Assembly (NCBI GenBank): GCA_965247095.1
Contig: OZ251997.1
Span: 1,856,001 to 1,920,000 of the forward strand
Length of the DNA stretch: 64,000 nucleotides
Reading direction: 5' to 3'
Source: Candidatus Multivorans sp.
GTDB lineage: Bacteria > Acidobacteriota > Thermoanaerobaculia > Multivoradales > Multivoraceae
The position numbers and the translations under genes are program-made. This document shows, one piece after another, positions 19,777 through 30,129 of the stretch. How positions within the stretch are numbered: position 1 is the first letter of the stretch; each line of letters starts with the position of its first letter. The notes under the pieces are model-generated. The model worked only from the letters and a program-made list of their open reading frames with translations. It was not told where the DNA came from and did not search any database.

Positions 19777-20931
19777 ATGCAGATCAGACCGGTAGTGCAT
19801 CGGGTGATCGACTCGCCGATCACCCAGGTCGGACGCTGGAAGAGCAGCGCCGCCCCCGACCTTCCCCTCATCGACGTCTCCCAGGCGGCGCCGACCTACC
19901 CGCCGGCGCAGGAACTGCGCGACCACATCGCCGCCGCTGCCCAGAGCCCGGCCACGGCGACCTACACCGACCAGCAGGGGATCCCCGAACTGCGCGAGGC
20001 GCTGGCGCGGGCCATGACGGGGGACTACGGCGCTCCGATCGCGGTCGACCGGGTGGCCGTCACGGCCGGCTGCAACCAGGCGTTCTGCCTGGCGATGATG
20101 GCGCTCACGGAGCCCGGCGACGAGGTCATCCTGCCGCTGCCCTCCTACTTCAACCACGACATGTGGCTCCGTTCGCAGGACGTCGAGCCCGTCTACATCG
20201 AGCCCGGCCCGGACATGGCGCCCGACCCCGCCGCCGCCGAGGCGGCAATCACCGCCAGGACGCGGGCGATCGTCCTCGTGACGCCGAACAACCCGACCGG
20301 CGCGGTCTACCCGCCGGCCCTGATCGACAGCTTCTTCGAACTCGCCCGCGAACGCGGCCTGGCACTCGTGGTCGACGAGACCTACCGCGAGTTCCGCGAC
20401 CGCTCGGACCCGCCCCACGCCCTCTTCCAGCGGCCCGACTGGACCGACGCCCTCATCCACCTCTACAGCTTCTCCAAGGCGTACTGCATGGCGGGCTACC
20501 GGATCGGCGCCATGGCCGCCGACCCCGCCCTGCTGCGAGAGACCCTCAAGATCGCCGACTGCGTCGCCCTCTGCCCCTCCCACATCGGCCAGTTGGCGGC
20601 GCTCTACTGCCTCGACCACCTCGACGACTGGAAGCGCGAGTACCGCCGCACCGTCCGCGAACGCGTCGCCTACGCCGCCCGCCGCATCCGCGAGGCGAAC
20701 ACCGGCTTCGAGGTCGCCTCCTCCGGCGGCTACTTCGTCTACCTCCGCCACCCCTGGCCCGACCGCTCCTCCGTCAACGTCGGCCGCAGCCTCGCCCAGG
20801 ACCACGGCATCCTCTGCCTCGCCGGCGCCATGTTCGGCCCCCGCCAGGACCGCTACCTCCGCCTCGCCTTCGCCAACGTCGACCTCCCCGCCATCGACGA
20901 ACTGGTCGAACGGCTGGAGAGGCTTCGATAG
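19777..20931 (+). CDS. PLP aminotransferase class I/II
   Basis: [24 protein letters not shown]. Confidence 0.9.
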   Translation: MQIRPVVHRVIDSPITQVGRWKSSAAPDLPLIDVSQAAPTYPPAQELRDHIAAAAQSPATATYTDQQGIPELREALARAMTGDYGAPIAVDRVAVTAGCNQAFCLAMMALTEPGDEVILPLPSYFNHDMWLRSQDVEPVYIEPGPDMAPDPAAAEAAITARTRAIVLVTPNNPTGAVYPPALIDSFFELARERGLALVVDETYREFRDRSDPPHALFQRPDWTDALIHLYSFSKAYCMAGYRIGAMAADPALLRETLKIADCVALCPSHIGQLAALYCLDHLDDWKREYRRTVRERVAYAARRIREANTGFEVASSGGYFVYLRHPWPDRSSVNVGRSLAQDHGILCLAGAMFGPRQDRYLRLAFANVDLPAIDELVERLERLR

Positions 20932-21046
20932 GCGTCGGCTAGCGGCTGTGCGGCACGCCTGACAGCGACGCCTCGAAGCTGACCGTCCCGCCGACACACG
21001 CCCGTGTCGAAGTGCCTCGAGCAGCCCGGATTGGTTGGGGGGGGGT

Positions 21047-21062
21047 TGATTGCATGCAATCA
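21047..21062. promoter_or_regulatory. Perfect 16-bp palindrome, probable TA autoregulatory operator
   Basis: TGATTGCATGCAATCA just upstream of the RHH antitoxin. Confidence 0.6.
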
Positions 21063-21099
21063 TTAGGCGAACGTGAGGGCAACACACTGGAGAACGACC

Positions 21100-21342
21100 A
21101 TGGCCAGCATCACGATTCGCAATCTCTCTCAGGAATCCAAGGAACGGCTCCGGCACCGCGCTGCACGACGGGGATGCAGCCTCGAGGCCCTGGTCCGGTC
21201 GATTCTGGACAGCGCGGCCGAGGAGGCCGTCGTCTCGCCCGGGTTTCCCCATGACCTCATTGCGGCGATCGAACCGGGCGAGGAGATCGAACCGCTCCTC
21301 CGCGGTCACGACCAACCGCAGCCTCCGCTCAGCCTGCAGTGA
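21100..21342 (+). CDS. FitA/VapB-like ribbon-helix-helix antitoxin
   Basis: [29 protein letters not shown]; GTGA overlap with PIN gene. Confidence 0.88.
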   Translation: MASITIRNLSQESKERLRHRAARRGCSLEALVRSILDSAAEEAVVSPGFPHDLIAAIEPGEEIEPLLRGHDQPQPPLSLQ

Positions 21343-21749
21343 TCCTTCTCGACACGAACGTCCTGTCGGAGTTGACCAGGGCGAGGCCCTCGCCTCGGGT
21401 AGTCGCCTGGCTCGAAGCGAACGAGCCCCTGCTAGCAGTTCCGGCGATCACCCTCGCCGAGTTGCGCTACGGCATTGCGCGGCTGCCCAGCGGCCGGAGA
21501 CGGTCGAGTCTGCTTCGCTTTTGGCGCCTGACGTGCGACCGCTTCCGGGGCCGCATCTTCTCGTTCGACGAGCGTGCCGCCGAGGTCTACGGGGATGTGG
21601 CGGCCCGGGCCGAGCGCGACGGAACGCGGCTGAACATCGCCGACGGACAGATCGCGGCCATTGCGCTTGTGCACGGCATGCAGGTGGCGACGCGCGACAT
21701 AGGCGGCTTCGAGGCATCCGGCGCAGAACTGATCAACCCCTGGGACTGA
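21339..21749 (+). CDS. vapC: VapC/FitB PIN toxin
   Basis: [29 protein letters not shown]. Confidence 0.92.
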   Translation: MILLDTNVLSELTRARPSPRVVAWLEANEPLLAVPAITLAELRYGIARLPSGRRRSSLLRFWRLTCDRFRGRIFSFDERAAEVYGDVAARAERDGTRLNIADGQIAAIALVHGMQVATRDIGGFEASGAELINPWD

Positions 21750-21765
21750 TGGCCGGCTGCTGGAT

Positions 21766-22002
21766 CGGCTTCGATGTCGTCTCCTCCGGCGGCTACTCGT
21801 CTACCCCCATCACTCCTTCACCGACCACTCCTCAGTCGAAGTCGGCCGCAGCCTCGCCCAGGACCACGGCATCCCCTGCCTCGCCGGCTCCATGTTCGGC
21901 CCCCACCAGAACCGCTACCTCCGCCTCGCCTTCGCCAACGTCGATCTGTCCGCGATCGACGAGCTGGTGGAACGCCTCGAGAGCCTCGGCTCGGCAGGCT
22001 AG
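21766..22002 (+). pseudogene. Decayed duplicate of the aminotransferase 3' end (20703-20931)
   Basis: Colinear: [36 protein letters not shown]; contains indels. Confidence 0.9.
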
Positions 22003-22108
22003 CCGTCAGGCATCGATGCCACCCGCCTGCCTCTCAGGTCACGGCGGGGTCAGCCTCCAGCTCCCTTCCGCTCGCTCTCGACAGCAGGCGACATGCCGGC
22101 GCCCGCAC

Positions 22109-22933
22109 TCACGGTCCCGCCGCGAGCCTGAGGTCCTTCCAAACCCCAATGTGATCCGACAGGACCTCGTCGGGGGTTCGCTTCGGGAAGATCCCGACGG
22201 CCTTTTCGGGCTCCACAACCGCCAGGTCTCGAGAGTGTGCGATGTGGTCTATGAGTTGGTCCCGTGACTTCGAGCCGTCCCCGAGTCTAGAGCGCCAGAG
22301 GCCCGCTCGCGGCAAGCCCGCCGCCCGGTCGTCCTGGTTCTCCCACGGGAAGAACCCGACCGTAGCCATCTGCAGGCCCTCGAAGGCTCGAAGCAGCGCT
22401 GCATGAACACGGTGGGGCCCCCAAGTGTGAGGAACTCTCTGGTTGAAGTCGCCGAGCACGATGGTGCGGGAGTCGGTGGAATACGAGAGGCTCTCGAATC
22501 CCTTGAGCCAGTCCCTATGGACGTCCCACAGTTTGCGGTTCCGGCGGCCGGTGCGGACATGCGCCCATTGCCACGGGATGCAGACGCCCGCGATCGTCAG
22601 TTCGCCGATGGGGGTCTCGGTCACGCCAGCTACGAATCTTCCCGACATGATCTCGGGACCGTGTTCGATCTTCCTCCAGGGCCGTTCGCTCCAGAGAAGA
22701 ACCTCCCGGCGACCGGGGACGATCGGATACCCCCAGTCCGCTCCCCCGTCGATGACGTGACCACCGCTCGGCAAGAGTTCCTTGTAGCCCTCGGTGACGC
22801 ACAAGACGTGGCACTTCGGAGCGTCAAGAATGGGCCGAATGCGGTTCGCTCTGGCGGACTTGGGAGCGGCCCATTCAGTGTTCCAGGTGCCGACCCGGAC
22901 ACCGCGAGAGCGTTCGGTCATTGATCGGTTCAA
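22109..22933 (-). CDS. Endonuclease/exonuclease/phosphatase family protein
   Basis: VGTWN, LCVTE, VLGDFNQR, IDHIA, SDHIGV. Confidence 0.85.
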   Translation of the reverse strand: MNRSMTERSRGVRVGTWNTEWAAPKSARANRIRPILDAPKCHVLCVTEGYKELLPSGGHVIDGGADWGYPIVPGRREVLLWSERPWRKIEHGPEIMSGRFVAGVTETPIGELTIAGVCIPWQWAHVRTGRRNRKLWDVHRDWLKGFESLSYSTDSRTIVLGDFNQRVPHTWGPHRVHAALLRAFEGLQMATVGFFPWENQDDRAAGLPRAGLWRSRLGDGSKSRDQLIDHIAHSRDLAVVEPEKAVGIFPKRTPDEVLSDHIGVWKDLRLAAGP

Positions 22934-23084
22934 TTTCGGGGTTGAGCGCCAGAGGCTAGCGGCGCTCCCGTGCCGTGGTTAAACCGCCACCGCTCTGAAT
23001 CCACGTGGCCCTAGCCACGCGCTCCACCGCCAACCAGCCGTCCTCCGTCGGCCCCTTGCCCAAGGACACGTGGCTCGGCCTCAT

Positions 23085-23396
23085 TTACACAGTGGCTTCC
23101 AGATGCGAACCAGATCGCAAGGTCGGCAACCGGGCGATCGCCGGTCCGCTCTTCTGCTCAGCCAACCGCAACTCGTAGAGGTTCTGGAGATTCAGCCAGA
23201 ACTTGCCCGACGTGCCGAGGAAGCGCCCCAGGCGCAGAGCCGTGTCGCCCGACACCGAGCGCCGACCGTTGAGAATCTCGGTGATCCGGTCCGGCGGCAC
23301 CTCGACCCGCCGCGCGAGTTCCGTTGCGCTGATTCCGAGAGCGTCCAGGTCCTCGCGAAGCCTCTCGTCGGGATGGATGGGCTCACGCATGGTCAT
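23085..23396 (-). CDS. higA: HigA-family antitoxin (orphan)
   Basis: PIHPDE, ITEILNGRRSVSGDTALRL, FWLNLQ..YEL. Confidence 0.85.
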   Translation of the reverse strand: MTMREPIHPDERLREDLDALGISATELARRVEVPPDRITEILNGRRSVSGDTALRLGRFLGTSGKFWLNLQNLYELRLAEQKSGPAIARLPTLRSGSHLEATV

Positions 23397-23482
23397 CTCC
23401 AGTCAGTGGCACTCCACGCACGTCAAGCGTACTCTCAGGCAGGCGACATGAATCGATCAGCGCCGCGCCCGCGCGCCGTCAT

Positions 23483-23623
23483 TTCGGCTCGGGATGCAAG
23501 AGGGTCAGCCTCCTGGTGCCGTGCCACCCGCACCCGCTGCCGGCGCACGGACTGGTTCACGGGGGGCGCGGATCGAGCCTCCCCGGTTCAAGGGCTGTCA
23601 GGGGGTATCGGAAACCCCGGCTA
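23483..23623. ncRNA. Structured ncRNA candidate (6S-like; family unresolved)
   Basis: 23509-23520 can pair with 23593-23605; CAAGAGGGTCAGCCTCCTG and GAGCC..GGTTCAAGGGCT resemble 6S motifs as I recall them. Confidence 0.3.
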
Positions 23624-23775
23624 GATACCGGAACTCGTTGTAAAACATAGAGTTTTTCTCTCCCCGACGCGCATGTGGTATCCCTGCGTCTTCCTTGGCT
23701 CTCGCAAAAACCGTGGGACCCCGTGGGGGACCATGAGGCCGAGAAACTAAGGCCGAACGCGGAACACGGAGAGGA

Positions 23776-24795
23776 ATGAGGGTGCCAAGGAAGAAACTGA
23801 CCGATGCCCTCGTCCGGTGTGTCGACCGGCCCGGAAAGTACGGAGACGAGCGCGGACTCATTCTACGGGTCCGGCCGACCGGATCGAAGCAGTGGATCTG
23901 GCGCGGAACCGTGGGGGCCGGCGAGTTGATCTCGGCCTGGGCGGCTATCCGTACACGACGCTGCGAGAGGCCCGTCAGCGGGCGTTCGAGTGTCGGAAGG
24001 CATCGAGAGGTCCGGCCGCGATCCGCGAGTCCTGAATCGACGCTGTCCGACATTCGCGGAGGCGGTCGAGACCGTGATCGCGATGCACCGCCCTTCGTGG
24101 CGGCCCGGCGGCGAGAGCGAGGCCAACTGGCGCCGGACGCTGGGCACCTACGCGGTACCGCGCCTGGGCCAGATCCAGGTGGACCAGATCACCAGCGCGG
24201 GTTTCATGGCGGTGCTTCAGCCGATCTGGAACGAGAAGGCGGTCACGGCGCGGCGGGGCCGGCAGCGGATCGGCGCCGTCATGCGGTGGGCGATCGCCCA
24301 GGGCCACCGGGCCGACAACCCCGCCGGCGATCCGATCAGGGCGGCGCTGCCGAGGAACGGAAGGCAGTCCCGTCACTTCAAGGCTTTGCCGCACCATGAG
24401 GTGGCAACGGCGCTGACGACGGTGCGGCAATCGTCCTCCGCCGCCGGGGTGCGGCTCTCGCTGGAGTTCCTGGTGTTGACGGCTGCCCGGTCGGTAGAGG
24501 TCCGCGGCGCGTCCTGGGCCGAGATCGACGACGAGACCGCTGTCTGGAGGGTGCCGGGCGTTCGCACGAAGACCTGCCGGTCGCATCGCGTTCCGCTGTC
24601 GCACCGGGCACTCGAAGTGCTCGAGGAGGCGCGGGCGGCTGGAGGCGGAGACCCGATCTTCCGGGCGGTGCCGAGCCGCCGCCCCCGCTGGCCACGGGAG
24701 TGTGGCGCGCGTTGTTACGGCGACTGAGAATCGACGCGACCGTGCACGGGTTCCGCCGTTCGTTCCGGGACTGGTGCGGTGAGACCGGAGTGCCA
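23776..24795 (+). pseudogene. P4-like tyrosine integrase, frameshifted and truncated
   Basis: KLTD..PGKYGDERGLILRV..GSKQW, LGLGGYP, LTAARSVEVRGA, HGFRRSFRDW spread over several frames. Confidence 0.9.
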
Positions 24796-25140
24796 CCGTT
24801 GCGCTTGTGCTCCTGGGGCGGGCGGCCCCGCGGGGCTAGGTCTCGTTTAGCGCAGGCGCCACAGTGGCTTTACTGGCCGGGAGCCGCGGCATCTTCTCTG
24901 GGAGCCAGCGTGTGACACGGCGAACGAGGGGCGAGTGGAGGCCAGAGAAGAACCGGCTCACGGCAGAGGTCATACCGCGCTGCCTAGCCAACGACAGCAC
25001 CGATCCCGAGAGTGGTTTCCCGGAGCGCGACGGCCTGCCGTCCCAAGTAGCCCTCCATTCTCGCCGAAAAGCGTCATGGGGCCTTCATCCTTGAAAGTGA
25101 TTTCCCGTCGGCGACGGTCTTTGCAGTCCGCTTACGCTCG

Positions 25141-26871
25141 TCAGGCCTTCTGTACCGCGCTCCCGCAACCCGCCTCCTCCTTCATCCCCTTCAGAAGATC
25201 TGGACCCTTCGCTACTTGGTCCGTTCCTCCTAGCCGTTCGTACACCGTCCGAACAGCTTGGAGGCTTTCACGCACCATGTCGTCACTCAAGCCATCCAGG
25301 TCCAGGCTCGCCACCTCGGCCGGATCCCAACCGCCACTCGCTGTCATACTCCAAAAAAAATGCATGCCTACATAGAAACGCAAGTTGGTACGTTCCTCCT
25401 TTGTTAGCTCAGGCCCCATGCTCTTCAAGACATCTTCGACATGGCGCATACCCGCCGCACACACGTAGTACAGCCTGATCGGATAGTCCCCTCCATAGAT
25501 CTTCTCATAGTCATCATCCTTCTTCAGCAGTGACGAAGGTCGCGCACGGGCAGTGTCGGGGCGCTGCAGGACAATAGCCATTACCGACTGCGCGAGATAC
25601 GGGATACCCACTATCACGCTCCGCGGCTTGCCACGGTTCTTGTAGTAGTTCTTTCGCCGATCGTAGTACAGCCCGCGAGGAATAAAGTGCTCCTCGATGT
25701 CTCGGTGGACCTTGTCTGTTGCCCTAAGGGATGCCAACTGCACCGTGGTCTGGCTGTTAGTTGCTTTGATGATCCGATCACGACTTCCTGTGTCATCTGG
25801 AACGATGACGCGAACCAGTATGTTCCGCTGCTCCGCTTCACGTCCTCCCGCCGACTCTCCATCACCACTGGATTCACCAACAGAGCGGAAGTAGTTGAAA
25901 ATCTCCATCGATGTTTGCAGGCCATTCACGATCTGGGGGTCTTCTATTGTAAGGATTTTCCCGCCCAGAGAAGCCTTTGACGCGAGTATCGATATGCCGT
26001 TGTTGAGCCACCAAAAGTCCTCTGTATGAGGGTTTCGCAGGGACGTCTGGATTTGCTGGTTCACTTGCGTTGGGCCTTGATGATCTCGGACGTTCGCCTC
26101 GAAGACGTGCCGCCGGAGTTCGCCCCTTTCATCTGTGATGAAGTCGTAGTAGGCGCGTAGTTCGACGAGACAGGCGAATCCGACAGGATCTCCGGAGGAG
26201 ATAGGGTTTTCCGCCAGCGTGATTTCGTGTGTCGTCTTTGGTGACCTCCGAGCCAGCGAGAGGAGGGCAGGAGCACCCAGGAACCTGAAGCGAAACTCGG
26301 CGTCGCGGAAGTGTTTGTGGACGACCTTCTTCAACTTGCAAACTTTCGCTTGAAGGGAAGCGGAACGCTCGATGCCCCGAGTTGCATAGTAGTAGGTGAA
26401 CCGCAATTTTGGAAACGTCCTATTGAGTTGCTTCTGAACGCTTCTAAACCGAGTGACAGATTCAAGGAGCTCTGGGTTGTAGAAATCTCTGAGCTCAGCA
26501 ACATCTTTGGAAAGGTCGAGGAGATCGTCGCTACTAGTGATGAAGCGTTCAACCGGAGTTTCCTGGAATCCCTGGCGGCGCTTCGCCTGCAAGAGGATGA
26601 CGTCCAAGCGTGCGTCAGATCTCGCGGTGGGCGTGTAGTCGTCTTCCTGAACTAGGTCGCCATTGACAAGAACGTACATGCCATCGATGCCGCCATCCCC
26701 ACTCTTGCCGACGAGTCCGGAGTCAAGCTCATCATAGGAGAGGTCGAAGTCCTTGAGTGCTTGCTCGGCGGTAAAGAACTCGAAGAAGGCGCTCTCGGAG
26801 GTGTCAGGCCGGAGGTCGCGGCGACGTTGGTCGAGAAATTCGTCAAGGAGGATTTGGTCGTTTGTAGGCAT
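25141..26871 (-). CDS. AIPR family protein
   Basis: GDGGIDG, QAK, FEANVRD, FWWLNNGI, PQIVNGLQTS, ATNSQT; visibly lower GC. Confidence 0.9.
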   Translation of the reverse strand: MPTNDQILLDEFLDQRRRDLRPDTSESAFFEFFTAEQALKDFDLSYDELDSGLVGKSGDGGIDGMYVLVNGDLVQEDDYTPTARSDARLDVILLQAKRRQGFQETPVERFITSSDDLLDLSKDVAELRDFYNPELLESVTRFRSVQKQLNRTFPKLRFTYYYATRGIERSASLQAKVCKLKKVVHKHFRDAEFRFRFLGAPALLSLARRSPKTTHEITLAENPISSGDPVGFACLVELRAYYDFITDERGELRRHVFEANVRDHQGPTQVNQQIQTSLRNPHTEDFWWLNNGISILASKASLGGKILTIEDPQIVNGLQTSMEIFNYFRSVGESSGDGESAGGREAEQRNILVRVIVPDDTGSRDRIIKATNSQTTVQLASLRATDKVHRDIEEHFIPRGLYYDRRKNYYKNRGKPRSVIVGIPYLAQSVMAIVLQRPDTARARPSSLLKKDDDYEKIYGGDYPIRLYYVCAAGMRHVEDVLKSMGPELTKEERTNLRFYVGMHFFWSMTASGGWDPAEVASLDLDGLSDDMVRESLQAVRTVYERLGGTDQVAKGPDLLKGMKEEAGCGSAVQKA

Positions 26872-27294
26872 GAGTGGCTGGAGGCTCGGAGGTCTTAGGG
26901 AGGGCGGCGGCTTGCTTTGAGAGGATAAGGCCTCAGTGACTTGAGTTCTGGCTGAGGGCGAGTCGGGGCGAGCGTAGCAGGATTGGGCTCGCAGGGGTCT
27001 AATCCGAGCGGCCGTGCCCGCGAAGGGTGTGAGTGTAGACGTTCAGCGGCTTGGATTCATTCGAGCGGGCGGCGGACAGGTTTTACTCAGGACCGGTGCG
27101 GAGCGCGGGCTGGCTACGACGTTTCCTCCGCTGGATTGTCAGGGCGCGGTTGGCCGGGAGACCGAATGTTACCTTGCCCTGATCGGACCGGGAGGTTCCC
27201 GGACCTACGGAGAGTGCGATGTGCAGACCGGGGTTTGTTACCGGAAGCTAGAATCGTCGGGTGCTGGCGCGTGCCGGCCGGATCGGAGCACTAA

Positions 27295-27346
27295 TGTCAA
27301 CGGCAGGCGAAAACGGCCCACTTTCGTGAACCGAAAATGTCCCACT
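27295..27346 (+). mobile_element. Orphan IS21-like terminal repeat
   Basis: TGTCAACGGC start followed by two GAAAA(C/T)G(G/T)CCCACT repeats. Confidence 0.55.
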
Positions 27347-27503
27347 CCGTGCGAGGAGTGGGAAGGTAGTGGGGGCGCTACGGTCGGGATAGGAGCTCCG
27401 GAGTCGCGCGGGGCGTGCCGAAGAGGGCGCAGGGTTCCCCTCTGCAGCGCGACGAGGGTGGTGCTGAAGCGGGCCAACGGCTTCGGGCAGCAGTCGAGGT
27501 CGG

Positions 27504-27775
27504 TTGTTCTTCGCCATTCCGGGGGAAGTAGTCCTCCGCCCGGCAGTGTTCCGGCGGCGGCAGGAGAGGTTCAGCAGCGCTTACAGCCCGCACAGCTTCC
27601 GCAGTTCGTTCCGGTCGTGGTGTTCGGACGCGGGGATCGACCGGGAGCTGGCGGAACAGGCCCTGGCCCACGCGGTCGGCGGTAAAGGTCGAGCAGTGGT
27701 ATGCGCGGAGCGACGTGCTGGAACGCTGGCGGGAGGTCATGGAGGCCTGGGCCGCGTTCCTGGTCGAACAGCTCG
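27504..27775 (+). pseudogene. Second P4-like integrase C-terminal remnant
   Basis: PHSFRSSFRSW, AEQALAH, then YARSDVLERWREVMEAW in a shifted frame. Confidence 0.8.
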
Positions 27776-27869
27776 ACTGCGCAGACACGGCGCGGGCCTG
27801 ACGGCGCTCTGCCAGCGGTCTGTCGGTTACAGCATCCGCCGGCGGTTCCGGGTCGGCCGGTCTCCTTAG

Positions 27870-28186
27870 ACAGCCGAAAAGGAGACTCCGAGGATGTTCT
27901 GGACCCTTTCTCGGTTCAGGACGGATGGTTCGCCTTGGACTGCCCTAGTTGCCTGGTTCTTGTGGGAGACGGAATCGACACGACCACGAGACAGGAGGTT
28001 CAGTCGACGATCATCGTTCTCGGCCCGAACAACTTCGATCTAGTGACGGAGCGGCAGGAATCCCTGGAGGACGTAGCCAAGGGGGAAGTACCGCTGTCCC
28101 ATCTCGATTGGCACTACGCGTTCCTGTCCTACGAAGTCCGACGCCAGGGCCTGGAAGAGCAGTTGGAGGTACTCTTCTTCGGCTAG
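27870..28186 (+). pseudogene. C-terminal remnant of an HNH-associated-type hypothetical gene
   Basis: KGDSEDVLDPF..WFALD..STIIVLGPN..YEVRRQG; no credible start. Confidence 0.4.
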
Positions 28187-28556
28187 GTTCTCGGCTGTAG
28201 GCAGCGTCGGCCTAGCGCGACACCTCCTTGCGGCCGAGGCGGCGCGGATCGGGGACGCCAAGGGGCGAGAAGTGTGGAAGCGGGCGATCTGATCCGCCGT
28301 TGCGCGGCCTCCGTGGGGCCACAGTTGTCGCCACGAGGGCCTTAGGGGTGTGGGCCGGAGCGTGGCACACCTAGCTCATCGGAGCAGCTAAGTGTAGTCC
28401 GCACAGGGGTTTGCGATACGAATGGGGACTATCGCGCCACCCAGGTTCGCGCTCCGGAAGATGTCCGGGGAGCGGCGCTCACGGGACACCAAGCGCTCGG
28501 TGGCCCTGCGCTACGAGGTTCGATCACTGCCCGACAACCACGAGTCGTCGATTGAT

Positions 28557-29810
28557 ATGAACGGCGCAAGTATGGAGCGCCAACCCGGATTCTTCGTCTC
28601 CGCGGATTGGAGCAAGAACCCACAGAAACGCTCGGTCTATGTCGCCGATCTGAGCAAGCGCCTCATCTACCGGGAAGCGCGACCGGACTGGGCGCTGGGG
28701 AGCCTCATGGCATTGGCGACGCAACTCGCCGAGCGGGGCTCCGTGCTGGTGGGCGTCGACCTGGCTCTGGGAGTGCCGCAGAGCTACTGGGAGTTGGTAC
28801 TCGCTGAGCCACGGTACGGTCAGCCCAGCACGTTCATCGACTGGCTGGGGCAACTTGGCGACAACCGCGAATTCTTTGACCCAGCCAACGTGGTCAAGGA
28901 CCACGAGCAGTGGCGCGTCGATCGGCCCTGGTTCCATGTGCCACGCGGCCAGGGTGGGTTGACTTCCTTCACGCAGAAAACGCGTGACGGCTTTCGTCGC
29001 CGCATTGACCAGAAGACCGGAGCCAGGCCCGTGTTCGTCGTCAGCGGCATTCCGGGTACGGTGGGATCAGGAACCCGCGACTTCTGGCAAGAATTGGCTG
29101 GCCTGTCGGGAAGTTGCTGCGCCTTCGCGGTCTGGCCTTTCGAGGGTCGGCTTCCCGACCTCCTCAACAGCCACGGAGTCGTGCTGGCGGAGACCTATCC
29201 GGGGCTCGCATACGCCGCTGCACTGGCAGACGACCTGCCGACGAAGCGACTCGCCGTGGGCAAGACCAAGTCCGATCAACGCAATCAGGTCTGCGATCTG
29301 CTGGCGGACGCCGCGTGGGTGAAAGCCCACGACGTAGACCTCGGAGACCTCGACGCCGCTAGAGACGACGAGGACGACTTCGACGCGCATCTCACCGCGG
29401 CCGCCGTTTTGCGCTGCTATCTGGAGGAGACCCCGGTCGTCCGCCACGAGTGGATCGACCAGGTAGCCGAAGGCTCCATGCTCCTTGCCGGCCCGGTCGA
29501 TCCAGCCCTCAAGGCCAAGGCCATCACCATGTCTCGAAAGCGGCCTCCTCAGGCAAGCCTTCACTTGAAACCCGCCGCCGCCCGCACTGCGAAGCAGAAT
29601 CCCCTGAACTCGCGGCCGCCTCCCAAGCACAAGAGAACCGACTACCGCTGTCCCATCTCAGGCTGTTCCAAGGTCTTCCAGGGCTCACGCGGCGGATGGG
29701 ATGCACACGTCGCATCACTCCGCAAGCACCTCGACTGGTACCCCGACGTCAAGAGTCCCCAGTTACGCAAGGAACTCTTCAGGAGGGACTTCGGCGGTTG
29801 GTTCCGATGA
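28557..29810 (+). CDS. DUF429 (RNase H-like nuclease) protein with C-terminal Cys/His domain
   Basis: SADWS, VGVDLALGVP, VWPF, AETYP, DDFDA; tail CPISGC..WDAH..H. Confidence 0.75.
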   Translation: MNGASMERQPGFFVSADWSKNPQKRSVYVADLSKRLIYREARPDWALGSLMALATQLAERGSVLVGVDLALGVPQSYWELVLAEPRYGQPSTFIDWLGQLGDNREFFDPANVVKDHEQWRVDRPWFHVPRGQGGLTSFTQKTRDGFRRRIDQKTGARPVFVVSGIPGTVGSGTRDFWQELAGLSGSCCAFAVWPFEGRLPDLLNSHGVVLAETYPGLAYAAALADDLPTKRLAVGKTKSDQRNQVCDLLADAAWVKAHDVDLGDLDAARDDEDDFDAHLTAAAVLRCYLEETPVVRHEWIDQVAEGSMLLAGPVDPALKAKAITMSRKRPPQASLHLKPAAARTAKQNPLNSRPPPKHKRTDYRCPISGCSKVFQGSRGGWDAHVASLRKHLDWYPDVKSPQLRKELFRRDFGGWFR

Positions 29811-29889
29811 ACCACCCCGAAGCGTCCTCGGCCGCTACTCGCCGGTTGATGCGCCGGCCCACTCGCCGACGACGTCCAGCCCGCGCCAC

Positions 29890-30047
29890 GGGCCGGAGGA
29901 GAGGGTCCCAGCGAGGCTGTCGGCAAGCGACGCCCGGGGCCCTTCCATGAACCGACACCGAACCGGAGCGCAGCCGACCGCAGCGAGCGCCAACTTCCCA
30001 TCTACTCACAGAGCGCGAGCGGCCGCTGGGACCCTCTCCTCCGGCCC
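29890..30047. repeat. 24-bp perfect inverted repeat with 110-bp spacer (MITE-like)
   Basis: GGGCCGGAGGAGAGGGTCCCAGCG at 29890-29913; exact reverse complement at 30024-30047. Confidence 0.85.
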
Positions 30048-30129
30048 ACAGCGGGCGGGTGTGCCCGACGCCCCACCGCCAGCCGACGCCGGACCGACGA
30101 GCCGTGCTCCGCCTCTCCGCCTCTCCGGC

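Noticed and set aside
19282-21315. 677-aa ORF ending in glyoxalase I
   Set aside because: The N-terminal part is the antisense of the aminotransferase; the real start is 19722.
20703-22002. Duplicated gene ends as DGR template/variable repeats
   Set aside because: No reverse transcriptase in the window; differences are not adenine-specific and include indels.
23483-23623. tRNA, tRNA-Sec or tmRNA at the integrase boundary
   Set aside because: No convincing cloverleaf or T-arm followed by a CCA end on either strand.
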